The position numbers and the translations under genes were made by a program. 64,000 nt of DNA, taken from Kudoa neothunni. Its lineage: Eukaryota; Animalia; Cnidaria. This document shows positions 41,248-56,562 of this stretch, piece after piece. Position 1 is the first letter of the stretch; each line of letters starts with the position of its first letter. The stretch spans positions 11,433,608-11,497,607 of the forward strand of contig OZ199838.1 in assembly GCA_964304625.1 (NCBI GenBank). The letters run 5' to 3'. The notes under the pieces were generated by a model, which worked only from the letters and a program-made list of their open reading frames with translations, did not search any database and had not been told where the DNA came from.

Positions 41248-41829
41248 ATATCGAAGATAATTAAATTTTAATGGTTTAATAAGTTAAGAACAAAGTTGAT
41301 TTAATTTAAGAGGGGGTTTGAAGTAGTTTTTAATAATCAGATAGGCTCCGCGAGACCTTGATGATTCATTAAGGGTTAATTATTCTGTGAAATAATAAAT
41401 ATGGTCACCTTATTAAGACTATGAAGATTAAATTCTTTATGAATAAAGATATCACTAAGAAATTTTGGGATTTTATATAGGTTAGATTTTAAGACTAGTA
41501 ATAAAAATATCTCGATATTATTAAAGAGATCCGAAAAAAAACAGATCAAAATTTACATTTCATCCAACGCTCAGGATTAATTTGTATTATATATCTTTTT
41601 TTCGTAAATTTTATGAAATTGTTAATAAAGAAATACATCAGAGGAATATTTTAACTAATAAAATTAATATGTCCACGTGAAGATGACCTAATTTTTCTTA
41701 AATTTTCAGTATTGCACGAGAGTTTTATCATTTTGAGTCGTGCAAAAAGACATTTTTTCACTCATATTCAACTATTACAAATATAATTATAAACCTTAAA
41801 CATACGAAATTATATCACACATGATACCC

Positions 41830-43083
41830 ATTATCCCTTCGGACCCCCGTGGATTTAATTTCGCCTAAACTCTTAACAGAAGTAATGTTGTGTGTTAACC
41901 AAATTTATATTTACGTATTTTTTCTCTATTTAACTGATTTGCGATAATAGACGAATTTAAAAGAAATTTATCCGTGAAAATAACAGTTCAAATGTGTTAG
42001 ACATGCAATCTTGTAGCAGCAACTTTTATTAAGATAATTTATTGGCGGAAAAGAGCGAGGAATCCACTTCTAAACATTGTGAAAATAAAAATTAAGATGA
42101 TTCAATTAAAACTGATTCAACGGGAAAAAGTTTATGTGCAGCGATGAGATGCTCTGTGGTAAAAATTCCGAATCGTCTGTGCACCCTGTAAAATCATTTT
42201 CTAAAATGAGGTAATAATATTATCAAACATAAACGCAAAATCGATATTCCTGGTAGTGTTATTACAGAAAATGTCGCTTGAAATTTATTTTTCATGGATA
42301 TATGTTAAACACTTAAGTTAGCTCTACAAATAGTTTACCCAAAATAATTTTAAAATTCCGTTAGTTTGTTAAGCTCATTGTATCATAGGTCAATAATATA
42401 GTTACAATATCCAAATAAACTTCCAGAAATTATTTCATTCTATAAAAGGAAGAATAGACACCGTTAATCAAATGTTTGTTAATTATTTAACCCATTGAAC
42501 AACGAAAATATGGCCAGCGGTTATGTTTGACATTTTGTTAGATATTGTGTCAATAAATGCACATGTATTATACCGTATGAAAGCAGAAAATCAAACCCGA
42601 CGAAAAGACTTCCTGAAATCGTTGCTTATGCAACTTAAAAAACAGCAAATTAATAAGAAAAGTAAAAATTAATTATATATTCATTTGAAGATTTTATAGA
42701 AGCAACAAATATAAGTTTCAAGCATTAACCTACCCTTATTTAAAAGAAACAGTGTCTTCTCTGTGTTCGTCAAAATGATAGAAAAACGAGAACTACATGT
42801 CATAAGTGTTTAAATTCGTTTTATAAGTAGCGCTCCAGTAATATACGTAATAATCATTTTCAAAATTAGAAATGCACAATAATATGTCACAAAATAAACC
42901 AATTTTACCGCATGGGGTCTATTAAGTCCTAAACGTGCGTTCGAGCAAAGTTTTTTGCGCTTGCCCTCGAGAGTCATACATTATACGCCAAAAATATGAT
43001 ATTTATGCATGCGAGTTTCAAATGCTGTTTAAGACGTATATAACCACCACAATTTTAAATATAAAGAAATTCAACAGGGTTTA
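41830..43083 (+). mobile_element. piggyBac relic (C-terminal transposase part and right end)
   Basis: VDIVSINAHVLY..RRKDFLKSL and Cys-rich KQCLLCVRQNDRKTRTTCHKC. Ends near AGGGTTTAA. Confidence 0.7.
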
Positions 43084-43155
43084 AAATAAGAAATTTAAAA
43101 ATTCATAAAACAAGAAAGAACAACCATTTATGTACATCGCAAAATCAACTATTTT

Positions 43156-44229
43156 TCAGGTGTGAACAATTTTAAGTAGAAATTGTAACAGTTGGGGAGC
43201 CTGCTTTTCATTCACATAAGAAACACTAAAAATAGGATGATCATTGGGCAGAGTGTCTCGTAGCCCACATTCCTTCACCGGAACATACTCCAATTCCTTC
43301 AACTCTTCACAATATCGGAGCAAGAACACGACTTCAAAAGAACAAAACATATAAAATATTGCTTAAAAAAGGAAAAATACTTTCGTTGTGTGATTTTGAT
43401 GTTACTTTCCGAATTCTTACACAAAATTCTTCAAAACTTTTCTCCGCATAAGCACTTTGAGTTACATCGGCAAAAGGCGGCAAATCTAAGTCGAGTTTGG
43501 GAATAAAACTCAGACCTGTAGTTAATTTTAAAAAATTTTTCATATTTTTAACAGCCATCGAATCAAATTTTTTCTCAACTTTTGTTGAACTATATTTCAT
43601 AAATAGCTAACAAAAATTAACTCAATACATCATCCACAACAACAAAATTTGTTACTTTTGATTGTGAGGGTGGTGGCGAGAATTCATCACTTGATGAAGA
43701 AAAATTGTTTTCAGGCGAATTATCTTAATCTAAATTACGTGAGTACAAAACATCGATTACTATGATGTGTGAAATTGGATTGGGAAACTTTATTCCTCAG
43801 TTCCATCAATTCACGCTCATAATCTGCTATCAATGCATCCTTTTTGGACAAACATTCTTCCAAATATACCAATATTTCATTTGATGCTAAAATATCTTAC
43901 ATTAGAACACATTATTAAAAGTTCAATCACATTTGATGTGAGCTAACAACTTTCGGCAAATGTTTTCTTGAGCATTATATTTAACAATTTGATTGGTTGC
44001 TGATTCATTCTATATTTTAAAATTAGATGAAAGCCAAGGTTTTATTTCGTGTTACATCACCATTCCAAGATGGCGACACAAATTTCGGCGCCGTCAGTGA
44101 CATATTTTGAGAGAAATCAACTCGGTTTTCTTTGTTTCCTGTGTTAATTGGTGAGCTGGTTTTGATATTTTTAGAATGGTTGCGCTGTAAATCACCAACC
44201 AAAGAATGGCGCTTACTAGATGATCTCAT
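43156..44229 (-). CDS. 282-aa coiled-coil + RWD-like protein, putative monopolin Csm1/Pcs1 homologue
   Basis: Exons 44229-44056, 44009-43931, 43886-43761, 43723-43656, 43606-43381, 43331-43156 (introns 46, 44, 37, 49, 49 nt). The gene model is solid. The family call rests on KDALIADYERELMEL, FLKLTTGL, ELEYVP..LP and QAPQLL motifs. Confidence 0.6.
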
Positions 44230-44644
44230 TTTATAGTTCGGAATTTTCTCGGTAAAATTCGTCAATTTAATTATCTTGTGTATTTATATCTATTTTTAAT
44301 GGTTTAATCATAATTTTTGATTATAATGTTTATTCGAATTTAATGAGATTTTGTGATTCAATATTAAGTCCAAAATAATCAACCTTTACATGATCTATTT
44401 AAGTTCCCACCAGATTATTCAGTTAAGACGATAAGACATGAGCACATGATTTTGAGCGTGAAAACACTTTTTGTTAGTTTTCCCCTTTATTATTCAATCT
44501 AACTTGTGGTTTAAACTTAAAAATAATCCATAGAGTCATTTAAGTATCTTGAGGTTTCTCTGAAATAAGTTTTTCGAACATTTTCCTAATTAATAATCTA
44601 ATAACGAATTGGGATACCAAAATCATTCATATATCAATACAAGT

Positions 44645-45080
44645 TTGTTTTTTGGATTACAAGGTAAAATCTTTGGAGAATCTCACTAGACCGTGGAGTT
44701 CTAGTCGGTTCCAAAGTGCTGTACGCGTCTTGTTGAGTAAAAAGAAACTATCGTCTTATTTTCTGTTGTAGTATTGAAGTTTAACTCAGTAAACATCCTC
44801 GTGTCTAAGCGACCAATGCGTTTTTGATCTCGTTCACTTTCAGTTAAGTTTATTCTGTGAGACCTTTAAGATTATCTTTTACCTAATACGTCCCCACGAT
44901 TCCAATGTTTAATCCGACCCTCCTAATTAAACAAATCTATAGCTGCAAGTGTGTTACACATAATAATGAGTGCGCACTCTAATTGTAGCTTCTAATCATG
45001 GAATAGGGAGGTACAATTCGGAAGCAGTGGCTTGAAATTGCTACCTACAATAGCAGCCTTGTGATCTGGCAACTCTGACT
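44645..45080 (-). mobile_element. Diverged second copy of the tRNA-SINE
   Basis: 44768-44802 matches the reverse complement of 37069-37103 at 29/35. TTACAAGGT.., TAGAC.GTG.AGTTC and AGCTGCAAG blocks are colinear. A-rich tail at about 44645-44655. Confidence 0.65.
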
Positions 45081-45114
45081 TCGGTCAGGATAAGAATCGA
45101 ATTTGATATTTGTC

Positions 45115-45294
45115 GTGTGCTTCCCAATTAAAATTAGATTCGCATCTTCTTTTCACGACAAAACGAAATTCGGACCCCCTCTGCATACAATAAGGTGCAA
45201 CTGACTCAAAGTTTTTCGAAAATTCCTTTCTATTGTGGTCGAATATCGTACTCCCCCCAAGCCCATCATTCGTAGGCCTAATTGAGAAACGCTG
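45115..45294. mobile_element. hAT terminal fragment homologous to 150-323
   Basis: Ends ATTGAGAAACGCTG and aligns with the window start. Confidence 0.6.
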
Positions 45295-45923
45295 TACATA
45301 CCCATAATCATTACTATACCTATTTAAGTTGTCACATTCTAGTTCACTTTTCTCTCTGTGATAAAATCACAATATCTTTACAACAAAAAATACTTTTTAT
45401 TATTTCAAGATGTCGCAAAATATTTTGAAATATTAATAAGTTGGAATTAGAATATTTTCTTATAATAAAAATGTCATCGCATTAAATACTTTATTCTTTA
45501 AAGTTTCAACAAATTAATCCAAGTTATTTTGAACAATTTTACAGTATGATTATCCAGGAATAATTGTCTACACAAAACAATAAAAAGTCCCTCAGAACGA
45601 TTGTGTCTACTTAGGGCAAGTTAGAAAGTATAATGCTAAAACAAATAAAACCACTAATAAATTAATTAGATTTATTAAGTATTCGTTATACAGGAGATAA
45701 TACAAAGAATTTGTGATTGTTGGACTTTTTTAAACAATAAACGCAAGTTCATTGATATTTTTAATGAAAATCAAACTAAGTCTTAACGGAACGGTTGACA
45801 CAATTGCCATAATTTAGCTCTACAGTAGAAGGTTAATCTAATTTTAAATTATCCAAATAACAGGAAACCATATTGCAACTTCTTAAAAATTTGAACACAA
45901 TATTACACTATCTATACGCTAAA

Positions 45924-47204
<1,281 letters not shown>

Positions 47205-48769
47205 GGCTTTCAATCCTAGAAATGTGTGAAGTCGAATGTTATCGACTATATCCGACATTAGTCTTGAATTAATTTTACAAAAATCTATTTCATTTTGATA
47301 TTTTAGATTATCTTATTGTGTGCAAAATTTTTTAGTCCTTGTATTATTCGCATAAGCAGTGATTAATTTAACTAATCATAACAATATTTTTGAACCGACG
47401 GTCAAATCGCGATTAACCGAAAATCCCGCTGTTCGGATGTTTTTTAAATCTTATTTGGAACAGATGTACATTATGTAGTAATAAAATTTCAGTTAATCCA
47501 AATTTCAATGACTGGAATCCGAGTGAAATTTTTGTTAGAATTATCGGATAAAAATAAACTTAATTCATTAGTCATGTGTGGAAAAAATTACCTAAGTAAT
47601 TTAATTACATATTTAATTGTTTAGAAGAAAAATGGAAGGATTTTTTTATTTTAATTCTTTTATGCGTAATATTCTTCAAAATTTTAAATGAACAAGAAGG
47701 AAAATTGTATCTTCGGTGCGCTCTATCTTGTTTATTCCTCCCAAAATATATTTTTAAATTCAATAGTAATTTATGCTTATTTAGGAACTAATTATAAATA
47801 ATTTTTGTGAATTATAAAAATACAATATGCAATAAAAAAATTTAAACAGTGCATTCCAATGCAAATACATTAATATTAGACATAATTATAATACATTTCA
47901 CAACGGATTTTTGTTAACATTTAATTATAATAATTGGAGAGTTAATTCAACGAAGTTATATGTTAGGGCAAGGAACCATCGTTCAATATAACAATAATAA
48001 TATAGAGGCTAATATAAGGGTGTTTATATAGTTAGCGCCAACTGTATATTAATACACATAGGTACCGACCAAGATAATGTGTGTCATTACATCTTTGACG
48101 CCGAAGACTAACTGTCAGCCCCAACATTATATGAGGATTATTGTTTTGTACTATAAAAAAATCGTTATTATCAATATTTATAATTATATACTAGGTCTTC
48201 CTCGAGTGGAAAAAAATATACACTAAAACTCAATCTGTTGAACCTATTTATGAAAGTTTCTGATTAAATATCTTTAGGTATGGGATAGATTTGTAGATAA
48301 AAATTTCACAATCAATGTCGCGCATGCTCACACAATTTATCGAATAAGCCATATTGATTATTTTTAGCCATTGTTTACAAATCGGATACAAAATAAATTT
48401 TCAATTCTTAAAAAAAAAATTAAAATTTTTATGTGGTTAGGACACACAAGAGTAGGATTATTTATTTAATTTCCATTTTTCCTGATTTTGTTGATAATGT
48501 CTGATAAATGTTTTTTTGAGAATTTTAAATTTTTAAATCATTATAATTAATCATTTTACGCAATATACTATTTCCAGAATGCAAATTAAAAATTAGGTGT
48601 AAAATGATTTAGTAACTAATTTGTTCTCAATTTTTACCTTTTTTTCTGGCGGGAAATACCCAAGGATTCCTCTTTATGCAATCATGTTAGAGTAAGTAAT
48701 GCCTAACCCCAAAATGTTTTAAACTAGTACTGAAACCATGTGATAAAGTTTGTATATGCACATTCAAGA

Positions 48770-50200
48770 TGAACAAAAAAACAACTTTATCTGAATTATC
48801 AGATTCATTTCGTAAAGAAAAAAAACATGACAACTGTATTCAGAAATATCGTGGATATCACATGTGATACTCTAAAATGAATAGCGTTAGAATCATTGAA
48901 TTGCATGACTTAAAGAAGGCGGACCTATGATAAACTAGAAACAAACTCCCTATATGTGGATTAATGAAATTAAAGCGAGCAATGTATGCTTCAATAGGAG
49001 CATTATTATTCAAAAATCACTTTAGCTTTCTAATAAAATGCAAGTGGAGAACCTTTCATTTTCATCTGGTAGGATTAAAAGATTCAAAAAATGATATCAA
49101 ATATCCTAGAAATTTTTTTAAGATTTAGCTGGTTCGATTACTATAGAAAATATTCAGAAAGCAATAATTGAACCATTAATGCATAAAATAATTATACGAA
49201 AGGTAATTTATATAATGATGACGAAATCGACCCCTTTTTTTCACTTGGGGCTAAAAAAACTTTCGAGCTTCCAGAGATCTTTAACTAAAAATTCAAAGGA
49301 TTGACTGACAATTTTATTGTGTGAATGCATCTAAAACCCATAAATTGAAACCTTTGATTATTGGAAAGTCATTATGTTGAAAATAATTAAAAATTACGAA
49401 TAATTTTGCAGTGATAATTATAATACGAACAAAAAGGCTTAAATGACAACCTTAACATTCGAAAAATTTCTCCAGAAGTTTAACTCAGCTGTGAAATTGG
49501 AAAATAGGAATTTTTTCTAGCTAAAAAAAACATAGAGTCATAAGCGTATTAATCTATCAAATATAAAAATTTTGATGCCATTTTCTAAGCTGACTCTCAT
49601 TTACAGCATTTTGATGCAGGAATTATTTTATCTTTTAAATTAAAGCATAGAACGTTAGTAACAAAGGACTATATCCAACCAACCAACCAACCAACCAATG
49701 AATGAAATTAATTAATTAATTGACTGTTAATTAGACGGTTGTTGTTAGATTAACTTGTGAATCATGAGGGTCTGTTTCAAAAACTACAATACATAATTGT
49801 TCGATTTCCACAAGCAAACTTGCTAATCAACAAACTGTTCCATCCAACGACTATAATGCTTCACTTGGCAATTTATTAAATTCCGTGTCAAAATTCTTTT
49901 ATTAAGATGCGGACGAACACATTCTGTGAAAATGAAGTTGAACCTGAATAAACTATTAACGACGATGAGATTGTTGAAATAAATGATGAAGAATGCTTTG
50001 CATCCTCCATCATCCGAAGAATTAGAAAAGGAATCTAAAATTTAAAGAGGGAAGGATGAATCTAAATCAATCTCACTTACAATCAAATATCTCAAGTAGT
50101 CATGAGATCCCGATTTTGAATATAATAAAATCATAGATGAGCTAATAATTCTGATTTATATGTAAAAAAGAAAAGTTTAACTAAAAAATCCCAAATAATA
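48770..50200 (+). mobile_element. Decayed pogo/Tigger transposase
   Basis: Relics IYNDDE, NASKTHKLKPLIIGKS and HFDAGIILSFK. Many stops. Boundaries approximate. Confidence 0.7.
49675..49698. repeat. (CCAA)6 microsatellite
   Basis: Direct tandem tetranucleotide. Confidence 0.9.
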
Positions 50201-50586
50201 GATTGTCCCTGAAATTGATTTTCTTTAAAAAATAAGAGGCTATTGATCATTATATCTGTCGTATATATACACGTGATAGTTTATTACTTTTCCCTCAAAT
50301 CTTGCGTTTATTTATATGAGCTCCTTAAATTTAACTGAGTATTTTTTCTAGAAATTAAATAGTAAACGATAATATTTATGTTGGTATGTGCGCACATGCC
50401 GGATTTTTCTCAACCGACAATTCCGCGCCCGAAAGTAAAATAAAAATGCCCAGTCCCAAAGTTGTCAGATAATAAAGATTCCAATGTAAATAACAGGTCG
50501 AAAAATTATTTTAAAGCGACAATAAGAAACATGATCACTTATAAACTTAAAACTATATTATACTACATTAATCACAGTTTTTGGAT

Positions 50587-51624
50587 CTACGACTGGATAT
50601 CATCCTGGAAATCGTTCTAAAGAAAAAATTAGTGTGAATCGTAATCATTATAGTATAATGATTAAGGTGTACATAATTTTTCGGCTCCACATCCTCTCCA
50701 TATTGAATACAATTATCAATCACTATCAGTAGATCTCTTATCGACTCTTCATCATTATAATTCAGAGTAACGTAATTGACCAGACTGTAATCATCCACCT
50801 AAAACCATTGATATTACGAATAAAGCTAGATTATCGATACGATATTTGCAATTTTCTCATTGAGACGCTTAAACTTTGGAGGCATATTTTCGTTCAGTTG
50901 CTCGCATATCAAGGTCGCTTCAGGCGAAATAAAACTTAAGAAATTTGACATTTAAAAAAAATGAAATAATCTACTTTTCTAATTGAATCTTTTGTTGTTC
51001 CGTCAACAGATCAATTTTGGTGAGCACGTTTACATGAGCGACTTCAAGAAGTATCATGGTTGACAGTGTGGAAAGAATCCCACCTATAAATTTGTGACAA
51101 TCATTCACTAGTTGAGAGTCTTGAATGTAGACAGCACAAACGTAGTAGTTTTTGGCTTGTAGATGTTTCACCAATCGCACCATTGTATCCAAATGTGTGT
51201 AAAGCTCAATTTGGCCAGGGCAATCAATAATCAAATAATCATCATCAATATCCATCAACTTATCGTCAAGCCATTCCATATGATCAAGAAGATATTCCAT
51301 ACAAAAAATAAGACTACCATTCGGCCCCATCTCAATCGAATCTTCCTCCATAACATCGTCAATTGTAATAAGTTCTCGAATATCTATTCATGTTATTATT
51401 TTTGTGGCAAAATTTGTTATAAATCACCCAAATCTGGATTATATTCAAAGTATTCCGCTGCCGGATCCAGATTTATCATAAAATTTGACCTTCTTGCGTC
51501 TTGAAGTGTTTGTTGCATCCTGCAACAATACGTTGACTGGGCATATCAATTAGAACATTTAAAAAAGGTTCCGGATTACCTTTCCACTACCGGCTGGACC
51601 TATAACTAGTTGTGCATGTTTCAT
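50587..51624 (-). CDS. GPN3: GPN-loop GTPase 3
   Basis: MKHAQLVIGPAGSGKSTYC, NLDPAAE, MGPNGSLIFCMEYL, DCPGQIELYTH, HVNVLTKIDL and IDNCIQYGED. Five short introns. Confidence 0.96.
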
Positions 51625-51677
51625 ATTGATGCTTCCGCAATGGGTCAATGACAGAAGTCAACCTGAACACAATTGGT

Positions 51678-51683
51678 CACGTG
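51678..51683. promoter_or_regulatory. CACGTG E-box about 54 nt upstream of GPN3 ATG
   Basis: GTCACGTG near the start at 51624. Confidence 0.45.
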
Positions 51684-51849
51684 TCCGTGCTAAAATAAAC
51701 AATTTTTCTATCATTTAAAGTTAAAATTTAAATTGGTACCCATCAATTGAGAGTAAGCAAAGACTTTTTAAATAAATTTATTGAATTTTTTTCATCGTAT
51801 TTTATTGATTAATACTGTGGTTTTCATCCATTTTCGTATATTGTGACGA

Positions 51850-52571
51850 TCAATATTGGATTTTCGCGTAACTTTTTCTAGCGGTAAAAATGACCAAATA
51901 CAATGTTATTTCTATAGACAATAGAAACAAAATAATGGAACAAGTCGTTAAAATGGGGGAAACCTGAGCAGAAATGGCGGAATTTGGGATATTCACCCAT
52001 CGACTGTAAACAATATTGTCAAAAAATACTACACCACCATATCGGATAAAAAATCTCATCGATGTGGTATTAGAAGGGTTGTTTTTGACGATCAAATAAA
52101 AAATGATCCTATTCGACTAATTCAAGACGATTGTACTATTACAATCGTATCAATGATGGGAAATTACAGTTAAATGTCTGTCCCACTACTGTATGGAGGT
52201 GGCTTAAAGACATGAATATAACCCGGCCAGTTTCCTTGAGTAGGAACTCTCCCGACGTATAGAGGGAAAGGAATGTGTACGCCCAATGGTATACGCAGTT
52301 TGACATCAACACACGGTACACAAAACTTGTATTTGTGGGCAAAAGTCATTTCTATCTCCATATGCTGAGGGACCACGGAAGGTCACCGAGAGGAATAACT
52401 CCTAATGTGACATTACCAAATAGTCGCAGCCCAAACGTTACGATGATAATGGCGATATGTGCAGTTGGCCTCGTCCATTGCGAGGCTGTATTTTCATCTG
52501 CCAACACAGAGATATTCCAAGATTTCCTCAAGGAAATTGGAGATATTATGGAGGATATTTCTCGTGATTAA
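51850..52571 (+). mobile_element. Decayed Tc1/IS630-like transposase
   Basis: HTH relic IHPSTVNNIVKKY and GRSPRG..NVTMIMAI..NTEIFQDFLKE (DDE_3-like). Truncated. Confidence 0.7.
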
Positions 52572-52949
52572 TATTATGAAAAAGTTATAAACCTATTTTA
52601 AATAATACTTATTTAATTACGTTTATACGTGTTATTTTATTGCGCGAAAATCCGAAATTGATCCTCACAATATACGGAAATGGATGTAAAACCCGGTATT
52701 TCTCACTCTTCACTACAGTAGGTATAAGAGGCTGTGGTTCTTCTAAATTACTATTACAGGCGTATCTCGATATTGCATAATATTTCGGAAATGGAGAAAA
52801 ATTACGCAATATCAAGTCATCTGCGCATGCAAGATAATTTCTAATTTAATATTTCTTACAAAATTACTTATATACTTTATAATTTTTTATTCATTTATTG
52901 ATAATTTCGCGCAAGGCATCCTTAACTTGATGTACAGAAAGTAATTCAT

Positions 52950-54330
52950 TAGGATTCCCAATGACACGTTTTTTTGCGACTTTATAAGATTTTATACTCG
53001 AAACGTTGTAACGGTTTCATCTTTATGTATGAGATCAGGATATTCATTCAAAAAAGAAAATTTAACTTGATCATCTTAATTTAAATGTATAATTTCATTT
53101 TCTTCCAACAAAATAATATCATTACACATTATTATCTACACATATGAATATTAAAATTTTTCTATTAATTACTTTAAAGTTTTATCTTTCTAATTTTTAA
53201 TAAAAATAAAAAAAATCAATTATTTTTGTTTGAAAATAGGCGGTTTATTAACTCTATTACTAATTTTTTAACCACAACCATTCTTGAACCGATTTTACCG
53301 TATTTAAATATGTTTGGGTCCTTCTCTCCGAATAGCACGTTTATGCATAATATTTTCCACTAATTGGCTTTTAAGCGGTGAATTATTCCCAGATAAATTG
53401 GTTGAACCACACAAACAGTGTTTATGATAGAAATAGGAGCTGGATATTTTCGAAATCATCGATCGATTAAGGACAATATGAGCACTGTTATAATAAAATA
53501 AAAACTTTCCTGTTTTCTTTAATGAACCTCTGGTTCACATCTTTGAGGATCTGATAAAACATAGATGAAGATAATCACACATTCATTTGTGAATGGCATT
53601 AAACTGAAAGTTCTTTAATTCCCCTAAAGCAGCGATTTTTCTTAAATTTCCTTATTGCGTGTAATTGAAATTTTTCTTCGGTCATTGTAGCAGTGATAAA
53701 CATAGCAACATGCTTTTGAATTGATTTACACTCTTACAATGTGTTAATTTTTAATGGGGACGTACGCTATACCAGTTGTTCATAAAAATGAGCCTTCTCA
53801 TCAAAATTTAACATGTATTCCTGATTGTATCTTGACAAAATCTCGGTAAAATTTCCCATCCATTGATAAATATATCTAAAATCAGCGCTCTCCATCTCCG
53901 TGCAATTTGAGTTTTTCAGACCGTAACGCGTTCTACACTTATTAAACTAACCCTCGTTTCCGTTAAAATCTTTTATTCAAATATCTTTGGCAATAATACA
54001 AGATTATTCGATCATTAAAAAACTAGATAATAGTTTTTTCACGCAATGAAACTATCCAATTGTAAAAATTATTTTAATATCTATATTTTCTGGGTTTAAA
54101 TATTTTTAGTTGTTTGAATCTATAGTTTCGTCTTGTTTAGGAAAACTTTTAAAAAGATTTAAATAACCGATTTTCAATTATCATACAATATTGAAGTTAA
54201 TATAATTTGGTTGACCGAAACGTTTTACAGTAATATCATTAGCACCACGTATAAACTTGAAAAATTATAGTAATCAATTATTTTTTTTATATTATCTTCA
54301 GTTATTTGAGAACATACAATGCTTTTATAG
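52950..54330 (-). mobile_element. Second decayed pogo/Tigger transposase
   Basis: Relics MLNFDEKAHFYEQL, NSAH and QPIYLGIIHRLKAN. Boundaries approximate. Confidence 0.6.
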
Positions 54331-54866
54331 TGCATCCATCACATTAAAGGGATTAAAGTCAAAAAAAAATGAATTACGCAAAAGCGAGACACAAGGTTTT
54401 TCCTAATTTATTTAATATCCGCTTGTTGAAAATGTTTTTTTTTTGTAGAGTTATCCATTTAAGTATACTTAATATGACTATTGTGTTTTGTTTAGTGAAT
54501 TAAAGCATATAATGCTAAAAAAGTTAAATTACGCAGTATCGGGGCAAAACTATATTACGATATTTTTGAATCCTTTAATTTTTTTCTCAATCTTGCATTT
54601 TTTCCAAAAATTTCATTGGACACCCTGTTTTAAACCAAGCGGTTCTCATTTATAGTCAATGTACGACGTTTATTTTCTAAAATTTGTCTCTTTAAGTATT
54701 ATCGACCAATCGCTATAGCTTTTAGGGGCAACGAATAATTAATGGCACTGACGATTGACACGGAAATTTTTAATTTAAAGTAACAACTACGCTCGCGCAA
54801 TGTCCATTTTTAATCCCATTAACTCCTATTTATAGTTGATCTATAAAGTTTATTTTTTAGCATCTG

Positions 54867-54929
54867 CTGTATTTAATTATTTTTGGCACTTCGCTACCGC
54901 TCCTAGGGGTCAAAAATAATTAAATACAG
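54867..54929. repeat. Perfect 19-bp inverted repeat with 25-nt GC-rich spacer
   Basis: CTGTATTTAATTATTTTTG ... CAAAAATAATTAAATACAG. Confidence 0.85.
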
Positions 54930-56562
54930 ACAAACCTATTCCTACCTGGATATTACGGACCGTGTTAATAGCCACTTCGGTTAAAATGTAGAATAATGGT
55001 CGTAATCCAAATCAGCGACGCCAGACAAAAACGAACCTGTTGAATATTTTATTATTGAGTATTTATCAATGTCGCATCTCCAGTATGATAACTTTGACAA
55101 CAGCTATTTGTCATCACAATAATAGTTGATGTAATCTATTACATGTTGTACTCCTAGTTCCTCGCGATTATTTCAACAGGCTGAACCGCCAATTAAGCAG
55201 GTACGAATAAAGCTTGCTTTATTTATTTATTTTTAAATTGAAGTTGGATAAGTCTGATTTTGATTGATTATCACAATACAACCTTAGCGATTACCTATCG
55301 TTTAATGTATGTCTATAAACAAAAAAATTTTGTATTTTATGCAAGCATTGACTAATTAATTCAGTCATTCACCCCATCATTAAATGCTCAGAAATATCAC
55401 ATTAATTTAATTTAAAGTATGTAGGACTAATGTATGCACTAATTATAATCTTTAATCGGAAAAAGCGGTCACTATACTACATATTAACCGCCATTTCCAT
55501 AATTAATTGTATTCAAAAGTATATTCACCTGGATTTTAAGATCCGTGTCGATAGCCATAACCCTGTTAACATTCATTTCAAATGAAAACATTGACTTACA
55601 TTTTGTAATAAAATAACATTAATAATAACTTTGTTGATAATTTTAAATTTAAATTCACTTTCGCTATAGAGTACATCCTACCGGTTCTAAATGGATAGTG
55701 TATACTTTCTCCATTATCAAGGGGATTGTGTACGTGTGATAATTCCTGATTGTACAAACAACTATGAATCTAAGTGTTGTATTTCTTATATATGATTGAA
55801 ACAATTGTATCAAGTTGAGTAATAATTTTTTTCGAATTAAAATTTCCTCTCTAGTTAGAACAATCGATTTAATAAAATCGTTGCATTAGTCGGTCCACAC
55901 ATGGGGATCAAACCGATTCCTCGTATTAACGATTATCACGATAATCCTTTTAAATCTTAATACATTTACCGATGTGACCAGATGATTAATAGTTCATCAC
56001 AACCTAAACATTCCCATAAATTTTACACCGTAGTCTGAAGCTACATACCTGATTATTGTTATTTGTTCATCATTCCCATAATTAAGGTTATCATTAACAA
56101 CCATTAAGTTCCGGTGATGTTCGCTCAGATTAGAATTAATCGAAGCAATCTCAAAATGTTTAGATAGTTTGTTTATGAGATTGTAGAAACTTTTAAATGT
56201 AAACCTCTCTCAGATTTATTATTTCTCGTATAACTATAACAATCGGCGATGATGATGACGATGATTGTTATGGTGATCGAATCCAACAGAAATATAATTA
56301 AGGAATTCCAACTGATTAAACGTTATCTACTATATCATAACAAAATTGAATAAATTTAAATAAACATAAACAGCACCTTGTGAGGTTGCTTTAAGTGACA
56401 ACCGAATGACCCTATGTTCATTGTATATTACGCATGCGCGCTTTATCATTAATGTGTATTTAAACCTATTTGATTATGCTTTAATTAGCTGGTGCTTAAC
56501 TACACTGAACGTAATCCGAATTAGCCACCTCGTAGATTAAGCGTATTATTTGATCCTACCTA

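Noticed and set aside
47570-48280. Exon-like fragments with a hydrophobic N-terminus opposite DIMT1, and similar fragments at about 25000-25450
   Set aside because: Every splice combination I tried hit stop codons. Possibly decayed genes, but unsupported.
54748-54770. CTGACGA...GAAA hammerhead core
   Set aside because: No stem II and no flanking stems I or III.
55069-55267. Spliceable mini-ORF MSHLHSSRLFQQAEPPIKQLDKSDFD
   Set aside because: Only 26 aa, no homology, and it could not be linked to the BCR-like gene.
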